From: Candidatus Binataceae bacterium | GTDB lineage: Bacteria; Desulfobacterota; Binatia; Binatales; Binataceae | Assembly: GCA_963752805.1 (NCBI GenBank) | Contig: CAVWAA010000003.1 | Span: 31,233 to 95,232, forward strand | Direction: 5' to 3' | Length of the DNA: 64,000 nucleotides | Shown here: positions 31,867 through 41,983 of the stretch, piece by piece | How positions within the stretch are numbered: position 1 is the stretch's first letter | Layout: each line of letters starts with the position of its first letter | Notes under the pieces: generated by a model | What the model saw: only the letters and a program-made list of their open reading frames with translations | Told to the model about the DNA's origin: nothing | Databases searched by the model: none | Program-made: the position numbers and the translations under genes

Positions 31867-34083
31867 GTGGAAGCTCCCCAAGAGATCGTCGATAACAGAG
31901 TTTCGATTAGGTACTATCTTTCAGTATTACGCAAAAAAGCCGGACTGACTCAGGCCCAGGTCGCCGAACGGATGACGGTCAGTCCCGCGCGTGTATCTCG
32001 CCTCGAGGCGGACGATCAGGAAGTTGGCTCTGAGGAGCTTCAGGCTTTCTTAACAGCACTTCGGTCTCCCGATGCAGATGCTTTCAAAGGATACCTGAAC
32101 GAGACTTGGCGGGAGCTGGAGCGCCCGGCCTTTGATCATCCCGATCTTTCGGTTCTGCGTCTCGCGGAACAGACCCTTCGGGAACTCGTGGATTTTTACA
32201 ATGACCCAACTCTGAAACACGTTTTCAAGAAGCAGGTAGAAGCCTACGAAAAAGAACTCCGAAGATACGCTAGATACCTCACGCCTCGAGAGCATCTCGT
32301 CGCGATGATCGGCAGTATTGGAGTCGGGAAGACAACGGCGATCTGCAGCATGACCGGACTTCAGCTGCGCGCGAAAGATCCTAAGTCGGCGGAACCGGCT
32401 TTAGAAGTGGGCGGCGGGGGGATAACCATTTGCGAAATGCACCTTAAACGCGGCCCTCAGTACGGGCTAATAGTCGAACCGCTGAGAGACGACCACGTAA
32501 GAGCATATGTTGCGGATTTCTGTGAATACATAACAAAGCTCACAAACGGGCTGCCGTCTGACGATGAGAGGGACACTCTCGACTCATTGGGGCTGTCTAA
32601 GGAAATCGTCCGCGCCATTCGAAACATGGCTAAATTAACAACAAAGAGGAAGAGCGATCCTGATCCTGCAAAAGAGCTGGCGACACGTGTTGGCAACATA
32701 AAGGAGATGATTGTTGAAGTCCTCGCCAGGATGGAACTGCACCGTCGAGATCGCCACGACACTTGGTATTCGCCTGACCTCGTCAAAGAACCGCTTCAGT
32801 GGCTGCATGAAACATTTTTGGCAGTAAACAATGGGCGCCACCCGGAATTTCCACTTCCACGTCGTATCGACATCATTGTTCCGGGGCCAATACTAGGTAC
32901 CGAACAGTTCAATGTGAGAATTGTCGATACAAAAGGCGTTGATCAGACTGCAGAGCGCGCCGATTTAGAGCAACACTTTGACGATCCGCAAACGGTTGTG
33001 ATTCTCTGCTCCCGCTTCAATGACGCGCCGGAACATTTGACCCAAGAGCTACTTCGGCGGGCGCGCGAGGCGCGGGTTCCGAATCTTACGCAAAAAGCAG
33101 GAATCCTAGTACTCCCGCGACCGGACGAAGCGCTCGCGATGAAGTATGACGATGGAACCCGAATCGATAGCGACGAAGAGGGATACGACCTAAAACGCGA
33201 TCAGATCGAGATGCGCCTGAGGCAATGGGGAGCAGATTCGATGGGTTCCGCATTCTTCAACGCACTTCTAGACGATCCTTTCAGAGCTCGGTCGTTCATT
33301 ATCGAACGAATCAGTGGATTGCGCTCTGTCTATAGGACTCGTATCGGCGAGCTCGTGGAAACGGTGCGGGAGTTGATTGAGCATCACGGCGATCTACAAG
33401 TCCAAGCGATCATTCAGGATGCAGCTAAGCGACTGAGAACCTGGCTCGCCAACAATCGTCAACTGGATCCGATTCCGATCGATACACACGTTCCATTACT
33501 TCTTGCTATTCAGCGCTCTCATCCGAGCACGATACGCGCGACTGTCCGACGCAAAGGTGCGTGGCATAACCTTGACTACTCTCACCACCTGGGCTTTGGT
33601 GCTCGAACGGTCGCAGCAAACTCCGTCGGCAAGCGCGTAGAAGGATTTCAAGCAATCGCCAACAACATCGTCCAAGACCCAGAGATGTCGCACGCGCATA
33701 ACTTCGCCCGCGAAACTGGAAAACTTCTGGAATCCGCCACCGACGCATTCTTAAAAAAAATTCAGATTCTGGGTCAGTCGGCCTACGACACTGATCTACA
33801 GGGCGATGCAAACTTCTGGCAGGACTGCATGGATGATTGGGGTTCTGGTTACAGACCACGGATCTCCGACCGCAATCGAAACTGGTTTACCGACGCCACA
33901 CACCAGCAGCCAGCCAATCTGATCGAACAAGTGATCAGAGACGGATGGGCGGACATCACGTCAGACATTGAAAAGACTCTACCCGTCAGTGCGCGCGACC
34001 GAGATAACATCGCGGAGGCGGCATCACCCCCGGCCGGCCCTCGGCTCGTGGGAGCCGCTGCCGACGGGGCCTGCTCTGGTTGA
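31867..34083 (+). CDS. XRE-HTH fused to dynamin-like/TRAFAC GTPase
   Basis: LRKKAGLTQAQVAERM..ARVSRLE; G1 GSIGVGKTT; G2-like GITICE; G3 VDTKG; long helical C-terminus; AGGAG RBS before GTG. Confidence 0.75.
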   Translation: MEAPQEIVDNRVSIRYYLSVLRKKAGLTQAQVAERMTVSPARVSRLEADDQEVGSEELQAFLTALRSPDADAFKGYLNETWRELERPAFDHPDLSVLRLAEQTLRELVDFYNDPTLKHVFKKQVEAYEKELRRYARYLTPREHLVAMIGSIGVGKTTAICSMTGLQLRAKDPKSAEPALEVGGGGITICEMHLKRGPQYGLIVEPLRDDHVRAYVADFCEYITKLTNGLPSDDERDTLDSLGLSKEIVRAIRNMAKLTTKRKSDPDPAKELATRVGNIKEMIVEVLARMELHRRDRHDTWYSPDLVKEPLQWLHETFLAVNNGRHPEFPLPRRIDIIVPGPILGTEQFNVRIVDTKGVDQTAERADLEQHFDDPQTVVILCSRFNDAPEHLTQELLRRAREARVPNLTQKAGILVLPRPDEALAMKYDDGTRIDSDEEGYDLKRDQIEMRLRQWGADSMGSAFFNALLDDPFRARSFIIERISGLRSVYRTRIGELVETVRELIEHHGDLQVQAIIQDAAKRLRTWLANNRQLDPIPIDTHVPLLLAIQRSHPSTIRATVRRKGAWHNLDYSHHLGFGARTVAANSVGKRVEGFQAIANNIVQDPEMSHAHNFARETGKLLESATDAFLKKIQILGQSAYDTDLQGDANFWQDCMDDWGSGYRPRISDRNRNWFTDATHQQPANLIEQVIRDGWADITSDIEKTLPVSARDRDNIAEAASPPAGPRLVGAAADGACSG

Positions 34084-34177
34084 CTACTGGCGCGGCCCGT
34101 TAGGAAAGGCAGAGCGGCTGATTCTGGACACGCTGGCTGCTTACCGTCAAACCAGGTGCGGTGACTGGGAGGAACAT

Positions 34178-35284
34178 TTGCCGACGAGCTGCATATATAC
34201 TGCTCCGCCCGGACTCTGTGACGGACGTGCTCGCTTGAACAGGGAGCACCCTCTGCCACGCGGTTTGGGGAATTTTTGCGGTCAGGAGCTACTGAAAGAA
34301 AAGATCTGCGTGAACTGCAATAGGTGCAATGGGCTCGACGATCAATTATTGCATCTTGGTCCTGTAGCTCTCCTGCGCAGACTTACGGGGATTGAGGGAG
34401 GGCGCAGAGACATTTTCTATAAGTCGTCCTATGGCCATGACCCGCTCGTTGTCACTGGAGCTGCGACGCCCGAAGAAAAGCCCGTCAGACTGGAAGTCCA
34501 ACAGGGTAACGAGGGTCTCCCTTTGAGGCATATAAACTTTCGGAATAGTAGTGGCGAAACGCGGGTGCTCCCTTTGCCCCGAGAACTCAATTCGATTGAA
34601 CGTCTGCAAGAGTATCTGTCGCGCTCGGATCTTCGGGATTTTCGACCAGTTGAGTTTTATCCAGATTCAAACGATCCCGACGACTTTCAGAGGATCGCAG
34701 ACCTCTGTCAACAGTCGTACGGGCGGCGCTTCGACAAAGTACGTGTTGACACCGGTGGTGTTATAAATGCCGCTACGCAGTTTGCTCCTCCTAGTGCGTA
34801 CAGGAGGGCCATCGCGAAGATCGCTTTCCATTTCTTCTTGAAGGTATTCCCTGAAGCTACTGGATTCGAAATTGAGTTCAATGAGATTAAACGCCTGATC
34901 ATTCGGGGCGGAAATCCTCTACAATTCGTTCTAGAACGGCGGGGGAAAATACCACACTCGCTACACTCTCTCGGCCCATGGGCTCATATATTGTACGCGG
35001 ATTGGGGCATGGATTTTTTAGTGACGCGAGTTCAGTTATTCGCTGGCTTCATTCTTCCTACCTCAGGCGTTGGCCTGTCCTGGGATAGTCATCTAGATGG
35101 CACGATTGTCACAACTGATACGGCGTGCAATCCATTAACTTGGGTAGTTCACTTGGGCAGGAACCCCATTCCAAAGAGTAGTCTTGGAACACGCGCTACG
35201 GCCTTTGTCGCGATGAGGGGCCTTCGGGACTTCGATGGTCGAGCGTTCGACATCTCGGGGTGGCCCGACGTCAGAAATTGTTAA
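34178..35284 (+). CDS. HNH endonuclease (HNH_5-like) with C-terminal extension
   Basis: CIY..C..REHPLPRGLG..ICVNCN, RAIAKIAF; GGAGG RBS before TTG at 34178. Confidence 0.75.
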   Translation: MPTSCIYTAPPGLCDGRARLNREHPLPRGLGNFCGQELLKEKICVNCNRCNGLDDQLLHLGPVALLRRLTGIEGGRRDIFYKSSYGHDPLVVTGAATPEEKPVRLEVQQGNEGLPLRHINFRNSSGETRVLPLPRELNSIERLQEYLSRSDLRDFRPVEFYPDSNDPDDFQRIADLCQQSYGRRFDKVRVDTGGVINAATQFAPPSAYRRAIAKIAFHFFLKVFPEATGFEIEFNEIKRLIIRGGNPLQFVLERRGKIPHSLHSLGPWAHILYADWGMDFLVTRVQLFAGFILPTSGVGLSWDSHLDGTIVTTDTACNPLTWVVHLGRNPIPKSSLGTRATAFVAMRGLRDFDGRAFDISGWPDVRNC

Positions 35285-35369
35285 TACCGCCCGGCGCCGG
35301 GCGCGAGAAATGGTCGTTCTATCGGCGGAAGCGGGATCTTACATATTCCTATGATGGCGGCGTTCACCT

Positions 35370-37074
35370 ATGGCGCTGAAGCACGCAAAAAGTGGGGTAG
35401 TAGTCAACACGTATGTAACGAATGAAGAGCTCGTCGGCAGCCGCTCAAGCCTCGAGGAGTTCAGGCGGGAGCTCTCTCAATTCCCAAGCGCCACGCTACT
35501 CCGCATTTGCAGTGCTCTGAACATTCTCCTCTTCGGCTGGTCCCGCTATCTCGACAAAAATGTGCATGACAGACTGGTCGCGACCCTATGTCCGACCGCG
35601 TTTCGAGCCATAAAAGATGAGCCAACACGGGGGCTCATCCACCGGCAGCAACTGCTGTTAATCGCTAAGGAGGCGGTGAGAATCGGGTCGGATGCGGTGT
35701 CTCCACCCGCTGTTACTCCCGATCTGACCCGCCTGTTTACCATGGCAAATGATCAGTTTGCGGGTCCCGAGCCTCACACCGATAAAGAAGCAAAGGATCC
35801 AATCAGGCTGGTATCACAGTTCCTGGTCGTGTCGGAATTGCAATTTCCCGGCGGAGCAGCTCAGGTCTTCCGACCGTATATCACGCTGAGCAAACTAAAG
35901 GAGTTGGCGCCCAGGGATGGCCGACAATTCGATATTTCCAAGATGTTTGAAGCGACGGTAGGATTACTGCCTGAAATCTACTTTCCTCTTGTCTTCGGCT
36001 GTATGACAAAATACCAGCCGCTCAACGCAGAGCACTTCTTTCGCTCGCCGAAGGACTTCGCGCTGCATATCGACTGGTTTAACCAGACGCGTTTGGATGG
36101 TGAAACGCTAAATCGATTTTTCAGGGACGTGTCCGCCGACTACGCCGAATTCAAGCAAATCCTCACAAGATTAGATCGAGGGGTCTCCGATTTTTCTGTT
36201 TTTCGCGAGCGGCCCATGGTACGACTCGGAGACCTCTTGTATCCCGTAGACTTCGGATTTCTGGCCGCGAAAGCGGAAACCGCGTTCTTTTGGCGGGCTC
36301 ATAATGCCCTCCTGCCTAAAGAACGCGACCAGTTTCACAGCTTCTGGGGGGAGATCTTCGAACACTACATGCATAGGCTGCTGGAGCGGTCGGTTGATGG
36401 GGAGATTAACCGGTACTATAAATCGCCAAAGTATCGCGACCGACAGAACGAAGAAGCTTGGGATGGAGTAATGATCTGCCAGGGCCATGTCGCTGTGGTA
36501 ATGGAATTTAAGGGGTCAGTGTTTACTGCCAACGCGAAATATGGCGGCGACCTGGAGGCACTCAAAGATGAGATCGACAAAAAGCTAATCGGTCAAAAGG
36601 GGCGGCGACCGGAAAGGCGTGAGGCAACTGGCGTATGGGATCTCGAACGTCTTCCGGCAGGGGCACTCTTTGCAGGACATAGACATTTCCTCAATCACCA
36701 AGGTGTATCCTCTGATCATTACGCGCGACGAGATCGGCAGCACCTTCTATCTGACCAGTTATTTGAATGAAGCATTCAACGAGGCGCTGGATCGAGGAAA
36801 GACCGAGGTGACAGTGACACCGGTCTTCTGCATGTCTATTGATCATTTGGAGGCCTTCGCCGGCGCTTTATCAAAAGTGGCATTGAGCGATATTCTTCAC
36901 GCACGATATCGGCAGGACCGAAAACTCCAAATGCCCTTCTTGCTGCCAAATAATGAAGCCCTTGCGCGCGTGCAGTACGGCTTTTCTCCGACCGTCGATG
37001 AAGCTACGGGGGAATTGACTTCTTATGCGCGTCAGCTCTTTGAGATGCCGTCTGAACCTTCGGATCGTCGCTAG
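35370..37074 (+). CDS. Hypothetical protein with C-terminal PD-(D/E)xK/NERD-like nuclease motif; frameshift near 36600
   Basis: WGEIFEHY, EAWDGVMI..VVMEFKG, then GVRQL in the shifted frame continuing to 37074. Confidence 0.6.
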
Positions 37075-37794
37075 CTCGCTAGGAGTGAAAACTCTGCTTT
37101 TCCGGTCTGCGGTATTGGGTCGCTGGCTGACGCATCAACGGTCGTGTGTCGGCTCTGGGGAACAATCGAGCGCAACCGCGAAACGTCGGGCGTTGCCGGA
37201 TGGCAAGCGCACATTTTCCCCCTTTTCATAGACGATAAGAGTGCATCGTCTATGAAAAATGGGAGGCGGTGGTCAGATGTTGATAGAACGTGTCCAAGGA
37301 TGAAACGACAACGAATTGGCTGGCGCGACAGTAGGGCGGGGCGGTAGCACAAAATCCGTTTGGTCAGCAGCATTGAGTTCGCCGATCCACTCGCGTAAAA
37401 GAACACGGGATCGAAAGAACATCTCGCAGAAAGCAAATAGAGGATGCGAGGGTGCTCCTTCGATCCGAAAGACATGAGTCCGCAGCGTAGCATCCTGAAC
37501 TCTTCCCCGTTGCAAACTTTGGTCGAATCTGGACTTCCGATCATGCCCGCAATAGACGTTGATTGCCAAGTCGAGGTGCTCGGTATGAACTAGACGGAAC
37601 GGAGTACCGACGGGATCACGTGTGTGCAGATGGTGCATCGCGCGACCATCATTCCATTTCTGTCGTCAGGGCGGGGCAGTGCCTCTAACATCATGCACAA
37701 ATTGCCGTCGTTCCGACGCGTCGCGTACACTTCGAGACGACGAATACGGCGCATCCTATAATCCCAATACTAAAGCGGGTCGGCGTTCCAGTCC

Positions 37795-38366
37795 TTATCT
37801 TCTTGCGTGAGCATCGGGACACCAGAGCGACCTCGGCACAAATCCACCGGAATCGGATTTCACGGCGATCCTCGCGCGCTCTTTGGTATCCTCGGAAACG
37901 TTCGCATGGCTTCCGTACTTCGATCGGATCTCGACCGCTTCCTCGAGCCACTTTCCGCAATTCGCCCGCCCGTCATGAGACAACCAATCGTATATTTTGC
38001 AAACGGCGCTGAGCCGCGTTCCGTTGGGAAGTGTAAAGAGTTCGAAGGGATTTCGCCCGTGGGCATCGGTTTTGCGGTCGTGGTCGAGCATATTGTGGAT
38101 CCGGATACCGACGAGTCCATTGCCCCGGTTCCAGCTCTCGACGATCTCGTACCGGGCCCATTCGCGGTCCGCCGTTTCCTCTCCGATAAGCACCGCGGTG
38201 ACGCTCGTGTTTTTGAGCTGGTGGTTAATCCAGCGCTTGATCGCGTCTTCGCCCTGCCTCTTGATCGATTCCCATTCAACGCCATCGATGAATCCGTATT
38301 CGTCTTCGCTGGCGATGACGTTGCTGTTGCGGACCTGGCCGGCCAGCCAAGCGTCGCGTTCGTAAT
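37795..38366 (-). pseudogene. TIR-domain protein (ThsB/DUF1863-like), N-terminus replaced by a transposon end
   Basis: HYERDAW..QVRNS, WESIKRQG..IKRWI..QLKNTSVTAVLIG..T..R.W..YEI..S..RGNGLVGI.IH. Confidence 0.8.
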
Positions 38367-38456
38367 GGAGTGACCTCAAGAAAGGGGCCATTACGTACGC
38401 TAAAGGCCGCCGACCGTCAATCAGGCAGTTCATTGGACCCAGAGGCGTCGGTCGCG
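38367..38456 (+). repeat. Tn3-family terminal segment, copy 2
   Basis: 88 of 90 nt identical to 27689-27778; followed by cupin, resolvase and tnpA. Confidence 0.8.
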
Positions 38457-38514
38457 AACGTCCGCTTCAGTGGTCGGCAACGCGACTGATCGACGAATGA
38501 AAATGGCCCACTAT

Positions 38515-38997
38515 TCAGAATGGTGAGCCATCCTTGCGGACAACCTGCAGCCGACCATCCGGCACCTGAACAATCTGGACGTCGTCGTCAGGGTAGGTCA
38601 CAACGTCGCCGGCGGTGCGGTCGCCTATCTCCAGGTACACGACCGTGGTATCGCTTCTATTGCGCAGATGGTGGGCATTGCCGCTTCCCGCCTTAAAGCC
38701 AGCGCACATGCCCGGACGCAGCGGGGTCTCACCGGCATTCGTCACTAAGACGGGTGTGCCTTCAAGAATGTAAAGAAATTCATCCTGATGTGAATGGGAA
38801 TGACGTGGCGCCGAGATGCTCCCTGGTGGAACGCATGTCAAGTTCACGCCAAAGTTCGTCAGACCGAATTCGTTTCCGAGAGGATGCCTGGTCCGACCCT
38901 TCATGAGTGAAGCGAGGGGCTCGGGGAATGTCAACATAGGTACCCGTGCGGGAGCGGATACTGCCTCGATGGCCGCAGCTGAGAAATCATTAGGCAT
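38515..38997 (-). CDS. Cupin domain protein
   Basis: GLTNFGVN, HSHSHQDEFLYILEG, AGFKAG..NAHHL.N, YPDDD. Confidence 0.88.
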   Translation of the reverse strand: MPNDFSAAAIEAVSAPARVPMLTFPEPLASLMKGRTRHPLGNEFGLTNFGVNLTCVPPGSISAPRHSHSHQDEFLYILEGTPVLVTNAGETPLRPGMCAGFKAGSGNAHHLRNRSDTTVVYLEIGDRTAGDVVTYPDDDVQIVQVPDGRLQVVRKDGSPF

Positions 38998-39185
38998 CGT
39001 TACTCCCAAGCCGATTGGCTGTGCAAAGTCCAAATATTTCCAGACTCACTTCGATCCAGTACGTTTGGCTGTCAGGTTTTGGCCGATTGTATAATTGAAT
39101 GACCGGTAACAGAGACCATTGCAGACATCGCAGACGCTCGCAGGGCCGGGGTTAGTCCAACCAACCGAGCAATCATCATGGTTAG

Positions 39186-39788
39186 TCATGCGGCGCGGTC
39201 CCGTTTCACAATGTCGAGAACGGTATTCTTGCTGAGTCCGAGTCGGTGGCTGATTTCTCGATACGACTGTCCTTCGCTGACCAGCTTCAGCACTTTGGGC
39301 GCGAAACGGTCTGCCTTGATGCGCTGACCGGGACGACGACCGAATACGACGCCACGTTTCCGCGCCGCCGTTATCCCCGATCGCACACGCTCGCGTAAGA
39401 GATCTCGCTCAAATTCGGCGAGCGCGGCCATCAGCGAGGCAATTAACTTGCCCTGCGCGCTGCGCAGATCGAACTGCAAGCCGGTTTGGGCAACCAGTGA
39501 AACCTCCCACGCCTGCAGGTCCTGCAGAGTGTGGAAAAGATCGAGCATCGAGCGACCCCAGCGCGTGAGCTCTGTCACGAGGATGACATCGATCTTGCGA
39601 GCTTGGGCCAGGGCCAGGACTTGCTTCCGTTCAGCCCGATCGTCTTTGGCGCCGGAAGCGGTTTCTTTCCACACGCCGGCGATCTTGTAGCCGGCCTTCT
39701 TGGCGAAGGCGCGCAGATCTCGCTCCTGGCGGGCGCAGGTCTGGTCGGCGGTGGATACCCGACAGTAGAGCGCGGCGGACTGTCCCAA
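39186..39788 (-). CDS. Serine recombinase/resolvase
   Basis: YCRVSTADQ, LTRWGRS, AEFERDLLRER..G, GRRPG, C-terminal HTH; TTG start. Confidence 0.92.
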   Translation of the reverse strand: MGQSAALYCRVSTADQTCARQERDLRAFAKKAGYKIAGVWKETASGAKDDRAERKQVLALAQARKIDVILVTELTRWGRSMLDLFHTLQDLQAWEVSLVAQTGLQFDLRSAQGKLIASLMAALAEFERDLLRERVRSGITAARKRGVVFGRRPGQRIKADRFAPKVLKLVSEGQSYREISHRLGLSKNTVLDIVKRDRAA

Positions 39789-39886
39789 TTGAACCCTCTC
39801 GGAGCGGCGATCGTGAAAGCCGCGGATTCTGCGGTCTTCCTGTGGCAAAGTGTCACTCTGTTCAAAGTGTACTTCAATTGGGACAG
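39780..39886. promoter_or_regulatory. Probable res site with perfect 14-bp inverted repeat
   Basis: CTGTCCCAATTGAA (39780-39793) and TTCAATTGGGACAG (39873-39886) between the divergent resolvase and transposase. Confidence 0.55.
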
Positions 39887-39910
39887 CCGAGCCATCCGGG
39901 AGGGACTCCG

Positions 39911-41636
39911 ATGCCGCGACGCGAACTGCTGACGCCGACTGAACGAGTGCAACTGTTCGCCTTCCCGGAGGATGAGGGCGAGTTTATTCGGCTCGCGACG
40001 CTGGCGCGCGCGGATCTCACTTACATTCGTCAGCACCGCGGCGATCACAACCGGCTCGGTTTGGCCATTCAGATGGTCTACTTGCGCCATCCCAGTCGGG
40101 TCCTCCCGCAAAGTGAGGCGCCATACCCTCCGTTGCTCGGGATCGTCGCCGCCCAATTGAAGGTGACACCGGCCGCCTGGTCGCAGTACGCGAAGCGCGA
40201 TGAGACTCGGCGCGAGCACCTTCAGGAGCTACTCGACCGGTTCGAGCTGCGGCAGTTTGATCGCAGTTATTACCGGGAGATGATCGACTGGCTGATGCCT
40301 CTCGCCCTGCAGACGACCCAGGGGATGGTCCTCGCGCACGCGGTGGCGAACGAACTGCGCGCACGCCGTATCTTGTTGCCAACCGTCGCCCTGATCGAAA
40401 AGATGTGTGCGATCGCGCTCACCCGCGCCGAGCGGGAAGCATTCCGGCGCTTGACTTTGGGCCTCACCGACAAGCACCGCGCTGCCCTCGATGCCGTTTT
40501 GCTGGTGGGTCCTGGCAGAGTAGCAGCACGTTGTCCTGGTTCCGGCAGCCGCCGGGAGCGCCCAGCGCCAATTCCGTGCTCGCCCATTTGGCGCGCCTGC
40601 GGGCCGTGGGTGCGCTCGATTTACCGGCCGACCTCGGCCGTGACGTTCACCAAAATCGCCTGCTACGGCTCGCGCGCGAACGCGCCCAAACCGCCGTCTT
40701 CCAGTTGCAAGAATACGACCCGCTGCGTCGGTACGCGACACTGGTGGCTATCTTGTTGGACACGACGGCGACGCTCACGGACGAAACCCAGAATTGCACG
40801 ATCGATTGATTGGCACGTTCTTCAGCAAGGCGCGCAGCAAGTACGAGCGGGAATTTGCGGCCGACGGCCAGGCCTTGAACGATAAGGTGCGGCTCTATGC
40901 CAAGATCGGGTCGGCATTGATTGTCTCGAAGGCTGCGCAGACCGATCCCTTTGCCTCGATTGAGGCGATAATTCCCTGGGAGCAGTTCACGGCGTCCGTC
41001 GCGCAAGCCGAGAAACTTTCCCGCGATATGAGGCCTTCGATCCGTTGGCCTTGCTGACTGATTACTTCCCGACGCTGCGTAAATACGCGCCAGCGTTCCT
41101 CGATGCGTTCCAATTCCGCGGGGCGCCAATCGCGAAACCCTTGCTGAATGCCATAGATTTGCTGCGAACGATGAGTCAGACCAGCGTGCGCAAAGTGCCG
41201 GCCGATGCTCCACTGGGGTTCGTGCCGCCGCACTGGGCGCGCAGTGTCGGCGCCGGCGGCGACATCGACCGTCGTTTCTACGAGACTTTGCGCGCTGAGT
41301 GAGCTCAAGAATCGTCTACGTGCCGGCGACTTATATGTCGTCGGCAGCCGCCAGTTCCAGGACTTCGAGGATTACCTGCTGCCGACCATGGTATTTCGCT
41401 CGATGCGCAGCGCCGATCGCTTAGGCCTCGATGTGCCCACCACCGCCGATGAGTATCTCTGGGATCGCCTCACGCTGTTACGGGAGGCACTTGAGGATAC
41501 AAATCGGCTGGCCGGTGCTGACGAATTGCCGGATGCCCGCATCAACGACAAGGGCTTGAAGATCTCCCCGCTCGAGGACGACACGCCTCCCGAGGCGAAG
41601 CTCTTGAAATCTCAGACCTACGGTTTGTTACCGCCG
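39911..41636 (+). pseudogene. tnpA: Tn3-family transposase, frameshifted and lacking the DDE domain
   Basis: MPRRELLT..ER, RGDHNRLGLAIQ, YAKRDETRREH, HQNRLLRLARE, LKNRLRAGDLYVVGSRQF; stops at YGLLP. Confidence 0.9.
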
Positions 41637-41639
41637 ATC

Positions 41640-41890
41640 TCTTGCTCGAGCGCGACGCTGCTGTGGAGCGCTGGCTACGCGAGGAAGTCGTGGCGGACCA
41701 CCAGGAATACCTAGCCGACCCCACTAAAGACGTGCCGGCCGACGCGGTGCTTAAAAGCATTCAAGTCGCGGCGCGGCGCACGCAAACCCGAGTGATCTTT
41801 CGTGGAGGTCATCTTCACGCCGCTCGCTGAACGCCACATCGACACCCTCCCACCCAGTACATCATCACCCACGCCAGCGAACCCAAGCTA
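41640..41890 (+). pseudogene. ParD-like antitoxin C-terminus and ParE/RelE toxin N-terminus remnants
   Basis: RDAAVERWLREEVV...ADP followed by VIFTPLAERHIDTL. Confidence 0.55.
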
Positions 41891-41983
41891 AATCGGCCCG
41901 ATGCAGGTCGCCGCAGTAACGCGGATCCAGTCGCCATAGTCGAATCCTCATGGCCTGTTATTATACTCTGGTTTGGGTCACTG

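Larger units (their letters stand above)
38367..41636 (+). mobile_element. Truncated Tn3-family transposon (IR, cupin cargo, resolvase, res, partial tnpA)
   Basis: IR plus divergent serine resolvase and Tn3 transposase; no right end found. Confidence 0.8.

Noticed and set aside
37071-37790. ORFs downstream of the TIR gene as a Thoeris effector
   Set aside because: Short conflicting frames with no SIR2, SLOG, Macro or TM signature recognisable.
27689-38456. 90-bp direct repeats as prophage attL/attR or CRISPR repeats
   Set aside because: Only two copies, with no integrase, tRNA, phage or cas genes; the sequence starts with a Tn3-type IR.
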